Shown: positions 53,028 to 64,000, counted from the stretch's first letter. The stretch is 64,000 bases of DNA from Bispira polyomma (GCA_965649765.1 OZ287752.1:62558001-62622000), one strand, 5' to 3'. The notes: a model not told the origin generated them from the sequence alone. Numbers and translations: made by a program.

Positions 53028-55650
53028 TAAAGTAATTTTTCGTAAATTATTTCCAAAGTGGTCTAAAAATTGGTATTTTATAGGTAATTAATGCTGTCAA
53101 TTGAATGAAACGTTTTACTAGCTGATTTACTAAATCTATTTCAGTTATAAGCCCATCTTCGCCGCCAATAGTTTAACAAAGTAAAGAGAGGTACTTGTAG
53201 TTAAACTTAAATGTCTCAGCCGTTTCTCAACGGATTTTGATGCAATAAAAAACACAATAAAATAAGCTAAAACCCAGCAACTGCAAATATTACAAGGAAG
53301 GATACCATTGCTATATAGCCAACACCTAACATAAAATTCAGATAAAATTGCTCTGATCAATAAGCAAGGTAACTGTGTCATTTTGAGAGTTGTTGACCAG
53401 TAGAAGTTTACTGCAGGCTGTTTCTGATTTTATGGCTACTGCAATTAACCCCTTAAAACCCCTGTCTTCTCCTGAATCAACAGACAAACAGTAACTCAGC
53501 AATACTGGATGTAAACGCAATTGGCTCTGCAGATTTAAATAGATGTAAAGCAATTAACTCTACAAATGTACAACACAAAAAAAAAAACTAAAAAAGAACT
53601 CAGTAGAACATATACCTCTGCCAAGGCGTCACAAAAAAGAAATCCTGCAACCTTATATTCAGATTAACTTTAAATTGGGTTCTCCCCTGCCAAGGGCCGA
53701 TTTTATATATAAGTTGTCTTCTGTCAGACGCTAAGCCATTTAAAACCAATATAATCAACTTTAGTCAAGCTTTTAATAAGCTAGGTAACATGTGTTTTTG
53801 TTCTATAACAAGAGTCGTCTTTTTAAAAAAGACACAGGCCCACAGTGTGAAGTACACTAACATTAATATGGCCACTATATACTCAGGCCCCAGCCTGTGC
53901 CTGATAACAATAAATCTCACACCACTCAGTTTGTACGGGTTGATTGCTTCCTACCAATCTCTTTGAAGGCCTTACATATTTTCTAAGATGGCTGCACCCT
54001 TTTCAAAATGACAACAATATCAGGCTGTGCCTGATAAAAAGCAGATACAAAACACACGCCACCCATATTACAGAGATAATGCCTCCTTATTATTCCAAAA
54101 CAAAAATTCTTTGTTACTGATTGTGAGCAATAGTGGTAAACTAACCCATAGTTTACTATTTCTTATACAATATAACTATAACATGATTGTGCTTGTGTTT
54201 AAATCATATTATGTTACGCCAGTAGTGCTTTACAGTGTTACTCTTATTAAACAGAATTGCCGTGATGTGGACATAATGAGCTGAGCATATAATGTCTGAC
54301 CCCCTACAGTTAGATGTGTGACCTGTACATTGTCAAGTGTTATTTTAGGTTATTTCTATGCCTGTCTCAAGCATGTTATCCATATAGTTCACGGGATGCC
54401 TAATGGACTGTGTCACGAAAATACAAAGACATTGACTTTTTGGGGGTTTTGGTTCATTAGTTGCCTCCGTGTCTGAAGCATAATCATTTTGGTGTTTTAT
54501 TTTTTGCAATGTATGGCCTCCCGTAGTCTCTTTGTCAGAGAGTTAACCTGGTCATCAAGAGCTCCCTGGTTCAACTTCCAGCAATTCCTTAGTAGTAATT
54601 AGGGAGGATAATTTAGGCATGGGCAAGAGATGTGAAACTCGCCATTGCCTGCAGATACTATTCCTGTGTTTTGCTATGTTGTTTTATTCTCCCATTTTTA
54701 CTAGTGTGGTGTTAAAGTATATTTTTATTCTAAACATTGTCATGCACCAGTTGGAACAGAAAACTGTTATGGACATAACTAACCAGGTACGATTGTGTAT
54801 TATGTCAGCAACATAACTTTGGTCTGCAACAATGTACAGTGTCTAAGCACAGTAGTTATTAAGCTTAAGAACTGCCTTAATAAAGAAAAAAAGGTAGATA
54901 TAAGTAAACATTTACAATTCTATATTTCTATTTCAGGTAATTGTACAATAGGTACCGGATCATAAAGGAAATGCATTTTTTGTTTGTCTCTGCAAAATTA
55001 ATGGAAAAAGTCACGAACTTAGACAAAGCAATGTTATTGGCGTAATAAGAATTGCTGTAAACATTGCATGCTTCATGGGAAAAAAATACCCCTAACTACA
55101 TTTGCAAGGCAAATAGATGCAAAACTGCAAGGTTCAACTCTTGTAAGTAAATCATTTGGGTCTGTAATTTTACTAAAAGCTTTCACAGCCTCAAAAAGCC
55201 CTCTATTTGCTCAGGAGTGATTGTGTAGAAGGCTAACAATGTACATTACCACATTATCGTTTCAGGCACAAGAACTCTCATGCACAAATGAAAACCTAAA
55301 TTGATTAAGTCAGTATTACTTGAGGAGCTCACGTCCAAGGAAGATTTTTTTTTGAAAAAATTATTTAATTGGTACATAGTATTTCGACGGGACATGTTGT
55401 AACACAAAAACATATTAGAAATGCATAGGAATGCAACCTTTTCACCAAGTCAGTTAATTACTGTTTCAATGAAGATCTATTATTAATTTAAATTTCCGTT
55501 ATTTTAGTAATTTGGACTTTTATCATAACGGAGATACGTACAGCCCGATGTAGCACACATATATCAAAAACAAAGTGGGTACACTTCCTGTCCAAGGTAA
55601 TCATTTATTCAGGGTTTGTTTAAATCAGTTAATTCCATGATACAAACATG

Positions 55651-56100
55651 AAATTGTATTGTATTATTGTATTATGTTATTTTAACGCGCCTCATTGATG
55701 CGAGACATCTTCTAAAGTGCAACAACAAAATCGGTTAACTTATAGATAAATCTGCAACATAGCGAGGTAGTGAGGAAATATGTGGAGGTGTACAAGGAGG
55801 GAACTAAGGGGAAGGGGTATGCGGTCTTGAAGGGTGGGTTTCAAGCTTTTCCCTAAAACAAGAAACTGCAAATGAATATACATTTGAAACAGCTCATTCA
55901 AGCCTGTACCGAGGAGAGGCAGTCAGCAAGTGGACTTAGATTTTTGTGGACGTTTTGGGGGTTGACACAGAGAGAGTGTACACAATATGTGGGGGTGTAC
56001 AAGGAGGGAACTAAGGGGAAACAGGGAATAATATATGGATATTAATATGGAAACAGGGAAACTGTTCCACAACATAGGGACCGCAATAGAGAAAGCTGAA
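55651..56100 (-). mobile_element. L2-type LINE 3' end (family B) with an internal 35-bp duplication
   Basis: ATTGT tail, ATTGATGCGAGACATCTTCTAAAG 3' UTR, AFSIAVPMLWNSFP motif. ATATGTGG(A/G)GGTGTACAAGGAGGGAACTAAGGGGA occurs at ~55778 and ~55985. Confidence 0.7.
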
Positions 56101-58618
56101 GTAGTAGTTTGTAGTTGTGTGTATTACTAACCACATATATGTCAAACATCTGAAGATGGATTTTTCATTGTCAATTGTTGCTCACTAAACTTTGATTATA
56201 GGATTGCGGTATATATGTATATACATATATATGTTTAATTATCAATACAATATACATGTTGCTCAACATTGTCACTCAATACAGATATGTAATTTAACCA
56301 TCATAAAAAATGTGTCAATCAGCTGGCGATAGTTTAAGCTTTAATAAAATATTTTGCAATTGACTAAAGTTTAAATGTGATCAATGAATCAAACAGTATC
56401 ATTCAGAATGGGGTTGGCATGAGGAAAGAACTTCACTGTATTTTGAGGTATCACACTAGACTTACTACTACTACACAGTGCATTTAGGTTAATGTATATG
56501 CTGCTAATACCCCACAACTCCTCTGGTCAAATCACCCCTATTTGTTATAGTTGTAGCCACCAGCCACCCCCAAAAGACTATTACTGCTAGTAATAGCTTA
56601 GCATTAGTCTCTAGAACTCACCCTTACCCTTTTTGGCTTACTTCTGTGGACATTACTTTGTCTAGGACAATTAACCTGGTCTCTTGTCAGTGTTTTGTTC
56701 AGGCCAAAATATCCTTTGTAAGGATAATACTGCTGGTTGTTCTTTCTAGACATTTTTTGGAAATAAGAAATGCTAGCTGACATAGGGAAATCAAATATTT
56801 TTTAAGGTAATAAGTGAATGTACTGCACTCATGGTTTTGCTGCATAAATATGTCTTTGATCTTTGCCTGAAACTTGCTATCCTTTTTGAGGGCTTAAATG
56901 TGTGGCCCAAGGTAATATGGAATTCAAACAAGCACATGGTTTTTGTAGGTTTGTGCTTTTTCTCACCCCTCTATTTTGCACTAGAATCAATAAAACTAGT
57001 AAGATTGATATCATAGGTTACAACATGCAGGGAGTCATTTTTGCTGTGGGGTAATTCAGTTAGTGACTGAGGGGAATAAACCAAACTCATAAATTGTGGT
57101 TTCTGGGATACAAAACAAACTGGGTTTCTCTCAAAGGACAAGAATCTTTTTTTCTTAAATCTCATATTCAAAGAGCAATCAAGAAACCAAATCTACTTTT
57201 ACAAGAAATTTCAATGGCTGGATTCAAGTTAATTCTTTAATACAAGGAATTGTGTGATGGCTCAAAAACATTAAAACTTAAAAATATCTAAGCAACATTG
57301 ACTTTAAAATATCACCTTATAGTAACATCTTATTGTAATGGTTTTTATACTAAACGTCTTTGCAATAGATAAATATGGACTATCCTAAGTAATATCCTAA
57401 GTGATTCAAATATAGAAAATATCTAAAAAAAATAATTCAGAAAAAAGTGCAAGATTTTAAATTGTTCTTATAAACTGTAACCATGTGTAATATAATAATG
57501 TGATATTACCGAGCCATTCATATATTAAGTTGCGTTTTAAAATATTAATTTCCGTCACAGACCTTTACTGTTGAAGTTTGTTACAATTTATTTTTTCTTT
57601 CCAGAGTTTTAGCCTGACTCATAAAAAGTCTCAGATTCATAATGAGGATATCTGTTGCTCCCTACTAAATTATTGGATACATTTATCTGCATTCTAGACT
57701 ACACACATTGGTGGTCAAAATAGTATCCAAAATTATATTTTATTGCTGGTAATGTCATTGCATTTAGACACTATAAATTATATTTGGTCATCTCTTTCAA
57801 TCTTGTTTTTAATCTTCTAATTATAAAATATTATGATAAACATTTGCACACATAGCCAGCCATGACTTGACTTGTCTGCGTCTTATCCCACAGTCGCTCT
57901 AAATACATCTTGTGTTATATCTCGACAATGGGCAGTTTGGTCAAAGTTTTTCTTTACTAAAAACCACTGGTCTTCAGCTAGGCTACTACCAATTTTTCAC
58001 ACTACCATGCCATCAGTGAGAATCAAACCCACTCTTGGAGTGGAGGCGGGAGTGTTACCTCTAAACCACCAATAAAGGTATATAGATAAAAGAACATAAG
58101 TTAAACATTATATTATATGTTTTTTAGGAAATATCAGGCAACACACAAGGAGTTATTTGGGTATTAATATATACATTTCATAATTATAAGTAAAGGTTAT
58201 CTTTATAACTTCCACCAATCCACTTCAATGGCCAATTCAATATGGAGTTTGAAAAGTGAAGCTTAAGCTGCAAGTGTGTGGGCTGTGATTGGCCAGAGGT
58301 TGGTACACAATTTTTGGGTATACGTGTAAAGCTAAATTTAAGGTAATGAAGTATATAATGTTTAAGGTGGACTGAACTAACAGTCCCTTGAAGGGGCCTG
58401 TTGGGCACAGTCCACTTGATAGTTGAGATAAAAGATTGACCAACATACCTAGCAAGTGAATGAGATAGTCCATGGAGTAAGTTATCTTTTTAAAGATCAG
58501 TAATGAGATTTCTGTTTGAGCATTTTATTTTTTATACACATGTTAGTATATACATACAGGTTAACAATTTGTAAAATGAATGTTTAAAATTTTATAAATT
58601 TTTAAGCCCCAAGCCCAA

Positions 58619-59133
58619 CTAGAAAGAAGAAGGTATAGCAGAGGCAAAAGTGTTAGGCACCACAGATGCAGCCATAGATGTATTTTGTAAATAAGCCCAA
58701 ACTGAGGAAGATCTCCATAAGCCATGTGACATTATGTTTTGTAAAGATACGTTATGGTTAAAGGCAAAGGTTGCACCAGACCTTCTAAATGTGTGAAAAC
58801 CATGTGTTGAGTATTGAATACCTATATGTGTTAAGACTTTTTCAAGTGCAGTTCGCACATGTGTTTCCACTACAGTTTGGAATGGACTTAAGTTTACTGC
58901 AAATAGTGGTGCAGTAGGAGGTAAAGGTCTAGAAGTCAATAAGTTCCTCAACGCCAGAACAGGACAAATAGCCTTGTTCTGCAGCTGTGGAATCTGTATA
59001 ATATGTGTATCTGTTCTGTAGATTTTTGGCCCACTTCAGAATGATGTGGGCCCCTGGGTGTCCAAAAATAATGTCTTGTCTGAGAAAATGTCTGGTGTTA
59101 TCAAATGAAGCCCTAGAATGTGGGGCAATGTTT
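58619..59133 (-). pseudogene. tyrosine recombinase, C-terminal half (catalytic HxxR, H/W, Y); one frameshift near 59010
   Basis: NIAPHSRASFDNTRHFLRQDIIFGHPGAHIILKWAKNLQ / DTHIIQIPQLQNKAICPVLAL...THGFHTFRRSGATFAF...IMSHGLWRSSSVWAYL. Confidence 0.88.
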
Positions 59134-61484
59134 CATGCGATTTAAAACAGTTAGTTAGACAACCTACCCATCTGCATGGTCACATTCTGGACCTTATTTT
59201 ATCTCCTTGTGATCAGGATGCTATTGTGGATGTCAAAGTCTGTGATTTCATATCGGATCATGCATTAGCAAATGCTCAATTGCCTCTCCCGCACAGGTGG
59301 CTTATATTCCTAATACAGTGCATTATAGGAGGTACCACCGTATTAACATGTCTGACCTCCGTACTGATCTTGAGAGTACTTCCTTTATTAAGTCACCTGC
59401 CAATTCTGTAGCTAAACTTTATGAACAATACATACATGACTTGGGTGATGTACTAGATAAGCATGCACCACTTGTATCCAGAATGTCAAAGAAAGATTCT
59501 GTGCATTGGCTCTCTGATTCTTACCGACGGGCAAAATCTCTCAGGCGCCAATATGAAAGAACTTGGCGAAGGACCAAGAATCCATTAAATAGAAGCCGAC
59601 TATGTCGCCAGATTGCTCGGTGCAATGTACTTGTTAACGAGGATAAGTCGGTGTATTACACCAAACTTATCTCTGACAACAGTCACAACTCCAGGAAGCT
59701 GTAGCACGAACTGTGCAAGACCCTTAATATGGATACCAATGTGGCACTCCCGTCCCATGATTCTGATAAATCACTAGCTGATAACTTTGCTTCCTTTTTT
59801 TCGGACAAAATTAAGAGAATTAGAGATACTTTTGTTGTCTCTGAAACTAAAATTGATGTTCATCCTCTTTCTGATCCCCCAGAAATTACTGCCTTTACCA
59901 GAGTCTCTGAAGATGATGTTAGTAAAATAATAAGTAACTCGCCTACAAAATCCTGCATGTTGGATCCATGGCCAACATCTCTTATTAAAGAATGTAGTGA
60001 TATATTACTACCATCCATTACAAAACTGCTCACTTACGGAGGGACATGTACCTGATGGTTTTAAAACAGCTGTGGTTACTCCTCTTATTAAGAAGGCTTC
60101 TCTTCCAGTTGATGACCTGAAGAATTATCGCCCTGTATCTGGTCTTAGTTTCATATCAAAACTGGTTGAACACGTGGTTGCTAGGCAACTGTTAGATCAC
60201 ATCTTTGTCCACAACTTAGACAACCCATACCAGTCTGCGTATAAAACTGGTCATTCGACTGAGACAGCTCTTCTGTCTATAAAAAATTAAGTTTACCTAT
60301 CTTTGTCAAGAGGGGAACCTACTGCCCTGGTATTGCTTGACCTCTCTGCTGCCTTTGACACCATTGATCATTCCACGCTTCTCAGTTGTCTTCAGACTTG
60401 GTTTGGAGTTACGGGCTCTGTTCTTAAATGGTTCACTTCCTACTTAACTGATCGTTATCAGTCAATAAAAATTGGCTCTACTCTGTCCGATCTTTGTAAA
60501 CTCTTGTTTGGTGTCCCTCAAGGTTCTGTTTTGGGTCCTCTGTTGTTCTCATTATACACTGCTCCTCTCAGATTGGTTATTGGCAAATACACAGGAATAA
60601 AGTTTCATTTTTATGCAGATGATACCCAAATTTATGTGCACCTATCCCATAAAAACACATCTACTGCCTTTGAACAGTTGAACAGGTGCCTTGACGATGT
60701 GAAAGAGTGGATGTCAACTGGTAAACTCAAACTTAATCCCGACAAGACTGAGTTCATAATCTTTGGTTCAAAACAACAGAGGGATAAGTTGAAAGCATTG
60801 TTTCCAGTTGACATCCTGGGTAGCCCTTTCAGTCCAGCTGATTCTGTTAAGAACCTGAGTGTATGGTTTGACTCTGACTTTTCTTTCTCTAAACACGTTC
60901 AGAGTGTCTGCAAAAGCTGTTTTATGCAACTCCGTGACATTAGGCGTGTCAGATGGTTTCTCACTTATGATGCTTCTATACTTGTGGCCAATGCTTTTGT
61001 CAGTAGTAGACTGGATTACTGCAATTCACTTTTCAGGAATCTCTCAAAGTTTAATTTATGTAAATTACAATGCATTCAAAATAGTGCAGCTAGAATTGTG
61101 TCAAACACCAGTCGATACACTAGTATAACTCCTGTTCTTAAGAAATTGCATTGGCTCCCTGTTGAACAGCGTTCAGTGTTTAAGACAGCTACACTTGTTT
61201 ATAAGTTTCTCCACACTGGGTTTTCAAAGTATTTTGCCCCATATCTTTCCACTTACAGTAGTTCCTACAATACCAGACGTAGTCAGAGTGGTAGTAATTT
61301 CCTTGTTGTTCCGAAGTTCCACCCATCTACTCAAAAGTCGGTTAAACAGTTTGGTCACAGCTTTGCTTTTGATGCTCCCATTGTTTGGAATGGTCTTCCT
61401 GATGTGATTCGTGCTTCCCCCTCACTAGCCTGTTTTAGAAAGAAGCTTAAAACCCACTTGTACACTAAAGCATATCCACCTTAG
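59134..61484 (+). pseudogene. LINE ORF2 (APE endonuclease C-terminus plus reverse transcriptase), disrupted by two frameshifts and two stops
   Basis: PTHLHGHILDLILS..SDH (APE), NYRPVSGL, LLDLSAAFDTIDH, GVPQGSVLGPLLF, YADD, SRLDYCNSL, LHWLPV. Lesions near 59270, 59702-59704, ~60025 and 60288-60290. Confidence 0.92.
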
Positions 61485-61633
61485 TCTCAATCATCCCTTG
61501 GCGCGCTCTATGTTGCTGACCCTTTTTCTGTTTCCTGATTTTGGAAATTGGATAACTGTCTTTTGTGCTGGTGCGCCTTAGAGTCCCCTTTGTTAAGGGG
61601 AGATTAAGCGCAATAAAAGTCTAATTACAATTA
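59134..61633 (+). mobile_element. 5'-truncated L2/CR1-group LINE inserted in the YR gene; 8-bp TSD CAATGTTT; (ATTACA)n tail
   Basis: TSD at 59126-59133 and 61634-61641, with AATAAA near 61612. Removing the insert rejoins FLRLSNI-APHS of the recombinase in frame. Confidence 0.92.
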
Positions 61634-61641
61634 CAATGTTT

Positions 61642-62098
61642 GAAAGCCGAAGAAAAGCAAAATAAGCCACTAGAAATATAGCCCTATATAATATGGGATC
61701 ATGTAAAATGTCACAAGCCCTAGCAATACCAGCCAACTGTGAAATATCAAGTAAGCCCTTATGTTTAGGCCGAAATGTAGAGTTTATTGTGATACTTCTG
61801 ACAAATAATGCAACAGTGTTGTGGGTAAAGGGTGCCAAATCCCAATTTAGCTTTCTGACCATGAATTTCAGTGATGATAAGTAATTAGCTATTACAGCTG
61901 GAGAAGTGTTATTCTGAGTAAGATATTCTAAAAATGCCAGCACTGAATGAACTGAAATTTGAGTGATACCTGTAAACTGATTGAATGCCAGGAATGTCTT
62001 AAACTGATTATTATAGCTAGCAGTTGTCTTTGGTCTTAGAGCTGTATCTATTCTACTGTATGCTGAATTAATGAAGTGTTGGCTGCAAGGAGTGGAAC
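61642..62098 (-). pseudogene. tyrosine recombinase, N-terminal half (core-binding domain and first catalytic Arg)
   Basis: STPCSQHFINSAYSRIDTALRPKTTASYNNQFKTFLAF...IANYLSSLK...YRAIFLVAYFAFLRLSN. The frame has no ATG before the domain starts. Confidence 0.85.
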
Positions 62099-62104
62099 CT
62101 GAAA

Positions 62105-64000
62105 TTATATTGATAAGTTAAGATCAAAATGTGTGATAGGCACCACTTCCCAGTTAAAATTGTTGTATAAATCATACAATGTTTGTTTGTTGGGTGGTGT
62201 TTCACAGTGTATTCTGGATAATGCATCAGCTGTAACATTAAGTTTCCCTGGAATATGTTTAATATTAATAGTGATACCATGTGTTGCAGTTATTAGCCAA
62301 ATATTCCTTAAACAAAGGGCCAGAAAATCATCTTTAGTTTTTTGATTCTCGACAACTAGTACAACGGCCATGTTGTCACAGTGAACAGTTAGTCTACTGT
62401 GAGCCCATTTCTCCCCCCAAATTTTTAAGGCAATAACTATATTGAGCATCTCAAGATGCACGATGGTAAGTTCCTTAGCATATACATTGTAATATGGAGT
62501 TGCATACACCTGCTTATTCCAAACACCTCCCAAGCCTGATAAGCAGGCGTCCAGATGTAAATTTGTATCATTTAAGCTTTCTTTTGGATCAATGTAAGTA
62601 ATTCCATTGTATTGAGGTAAACATTTTCTCAACCAAGCCAAGTCTGCTTGCATTTCTTGAGTAACGTCAAATTTGTTTGTAAATTGGTTATGTCTGAATG
62701 TGAATGGAAGTCTATTTATAAAAGAATGTGCAGAACATACACATTTCTGGATGTAAAGTAGTTTGCCTAACAAAGATTGAAATTTTGTACGTGAAATGTG
62801 GCGCTTATTAGACACGTCCTTAACTGTTTCTAAAATTTCTTTTATTTTTTCAGGTTGTATGCTAATTGTTCCTGCTATTTTGTCAAAATCTATACCTAAG
62901 CATGTAAGTCTTGTAGTAGGAGGGGTAAATTTGTCAGCATTCATGGGAAAACCTAATTTTTTTAATAACTTACTCAAAATGTTGAAGCCTTTTTCTGCTT
63001 CCTGCTTACTGCAGACGCAAATGTAGTCATCGATATAACAGAATAGATTGTAACCGTGTTTCTTCATATGTGATGCAATTGCGTCCGAACAACGCTGAAA
63101 AGAGGCGCTTCCGTGTATCCAGCCGAACGCTATCGCAGGGTCCACATATTGGCCTTCAGCGAATTGAATTCCTAATTTTAAGGCATCTACTGGATCAACT
63201 CTGAGATTACGGAACGCTCGGGCCACGTCCATTTTGAATAATACTGGATCTTTTGTATTACGAATTGCTTCTGTTATATCATCAATTGTAGGAAATTTCA
63301 GTAAAAACTCGACCCCATCGAATCGCGTTCTGTCAACATTTTCATTTACAGAGCTGCCCTGAGGGTAAGATAGGTTAAGTATTACTCTGCGTTTGTCTGT
63401 GTTCTTTGGTCTAGTGAGGAGACGGGAGCAGTGGTAGTGTGGCGAATTAACCTTTGCTACTGGGCCCAACATGGCCCCCTTTGACTTTTCTTTGGCCAGA
63501 TATTCCCCAACTTCCTTAGAAAATTGTAAAGCAGAGTAGTGATTTATGATCTTGGCATTCCTTAGTTGTGAAGGGTCAGTAAGTGATAATGGGAAACCGA
63601 ATTTAATATATTGTAAGAGTAGCTGGTCTGGATAATCTACCAACATTTCTTCCCATGCTTTGTGGTGTAAGCCTGAGATCAGTGGAATTCTTGCCTGCTT
63701 ATAGTTAGGGAATCCTGTGCCTCTAACTACAGCAGCAATTTCCAACATTTTTTCAATTGAGTCAATTTCCCTGGGTTCTTGTTCAGGGCCTGTAAATTCA
63801 AAATTTGTTGGAGATAGTGCTATGAAACCTACTTTCTTATCCCTTATGTTAATATCCTTAATTTGCTTGTTACTGATGATATCAGTAGGGTCAAGTACAC
63901 TAGTTTTGAAGAAGAAATCACAGATCGGACATGTGTATATTTTATCACTAGGCACTCTGTCCAGAGTCTGTTGCCTATCCATGTTACTTACTGTTTCACT
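62105..64000 (-). CDS. reverse transcriptase-RNase H polyprotein of the YR retrotransposon (at least 625 aa; frame still open at the window edge)
   Basis: RT motifs KMDVARAF, FGWIHGS and YIDD. RNase H acidic residues in LDAC, LEMLN, CDN and ADALSR. The 18 nt upstream of the ATG at 63982 are also open in frame. Confidence 0.9.
   Translation of the reverse strand, partial: SETVSNMDRQQTLDRVPSDKIYTCPICDFFFKTSVLDPTDIISNKQIKDINIRDKKVGFIALSPTNFEFTGPEQEPREIDSIEKMLEIAAVVRGTGFPNYKQARIPLISGLHHKAWEEMLVDYPDQLLLQYIKFGFPLSLTDPSQLRNAKIINHYSALQFSKEVGEYLAKEKSKGAMLGPVAKVNSPHYHCSRLLTRPKNTDKRRVILNLSYPQGSSVNENVDRTRFDGVEFLLKFPTIDDITEAIRNTKDPVLFKMDVARAFRNLRVDPVDALKLGIQFAEGQYVDPAIAFGWIHGSASFQRCSDAIASHMKKHGYNLFCYIDDYICVCSKQEAEKGFNILSKLLKKLGFPMNADKFTPPTTRLTCLGIDFDKIAGTISIQPEKIKEILETVKDVSNKRHISRTKFQSLLGKLLYIQKCVCSAHSFINRLPFTFRHNQFTNKFDVTQEMQADLAWLRKCLPQYNGITYIDPKESLNDTNLHLDACLSGLGGVWNKQVYATPYYNVYAKELTIVHLEMLNIVIALKIWGEKWAHSRLTVHCDNMAVVLVVENQKTKDDFLALCLRNIWLITATHGITINIKHIPGKLNVTADALSRIHCETPPNKQTLYDLYNNFNWEVVPITHFDLNLSI

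Larger units (their letters stand above)
58196..64000 (-). mobile_element. tyrosine-recombinase (DIRS-order) retrotransposon, Ngaro-like; 5' part (gag, left repeat) lies outside the window
   Basis: RT-RNase H ORF directly followed by a tyrosine recombinase ORF, with no integrase or protease seen and no methyltransferase domain after RNase H. RT motifs 'RVILNLSYP..SSVN' and 'KMDVARAFRNL.VDP.D..KLG' are Ngaro-like. The 3' boundary is approximate. Confidence 0.82.

Noticed and set aside
58205-58212. ATAACTTC matching the start of a loxP arm next to a tyrosine recombinase
   Set aside because: An 8-bp match in AT-rich DNA is expected by chance, and the rest of loxP is absent.
57872-58618. Extra ORF (SGNH hydrolase or methyltransferase) of the YR element
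   Set aside because: Only short ORFs without such motifs. 57870-58075 looks like a decayed minus-strand SINE outside the element.
62095-62125. Programmed -1 frameshift fusing RT-RNase H to YR
   Set aside because: The YR frame is -1 relative to RT, but the overlap is only ~4 codons and has no X XXY YYZ slippery heptamer. Splicing fits better, though frameshifting is not formally excluded.

Overview
AT-rich, repeat-dense animal genomic DNA; the repeat families and the receptor suggest a lophotrochozoan, probably a mollusc (inference). The one clear host gene is a class A neuropeptide GPCR of the sex peptide receptor / myoinhibitory peptide (MIP, allatostatin-B) receptor family (6816..8192, minus). 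Its coding region is one exon, with a splice acceptor at 8320-8321, four upstream ORFs, a probable ~2.4 kb 3' UTR and candidate non-coding exons up to ~38.6 kb. The rest is intron/intergenic DNA with tRNA-derived SINEs, L2-type LINE 3' ends, PIF/Harbinger MITEs (one nested in another), a Harbinger transposase relic, HINE-like repeats, two minisatellites and a recent 392-bp templated duplication. The right end holds a tyrosine-recombinase (YR) retrotransposon of the DIRS order, Ngaro-like, on the minus strand and running out of the window. Its RT-RNase H ORF is open, but its YR gene is split by a 2.5-kb L2-type LINE (8-bp TSD). The most interesting signal is in this element. The YR frame has no start codon and begins at a phase-1 splice acceptor just after the RT stop, while a phase-matched ATG mini-exon with a GT donor lies downstream of the YR gene. 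That terminal region also carries a long hairpin, short att-like repeats and an outward-facing CCAAT/TATA cluster. This suggests recombinase expression by splicing from a terminal-repeat or circle-junction exon (a hypothesis, not shown).
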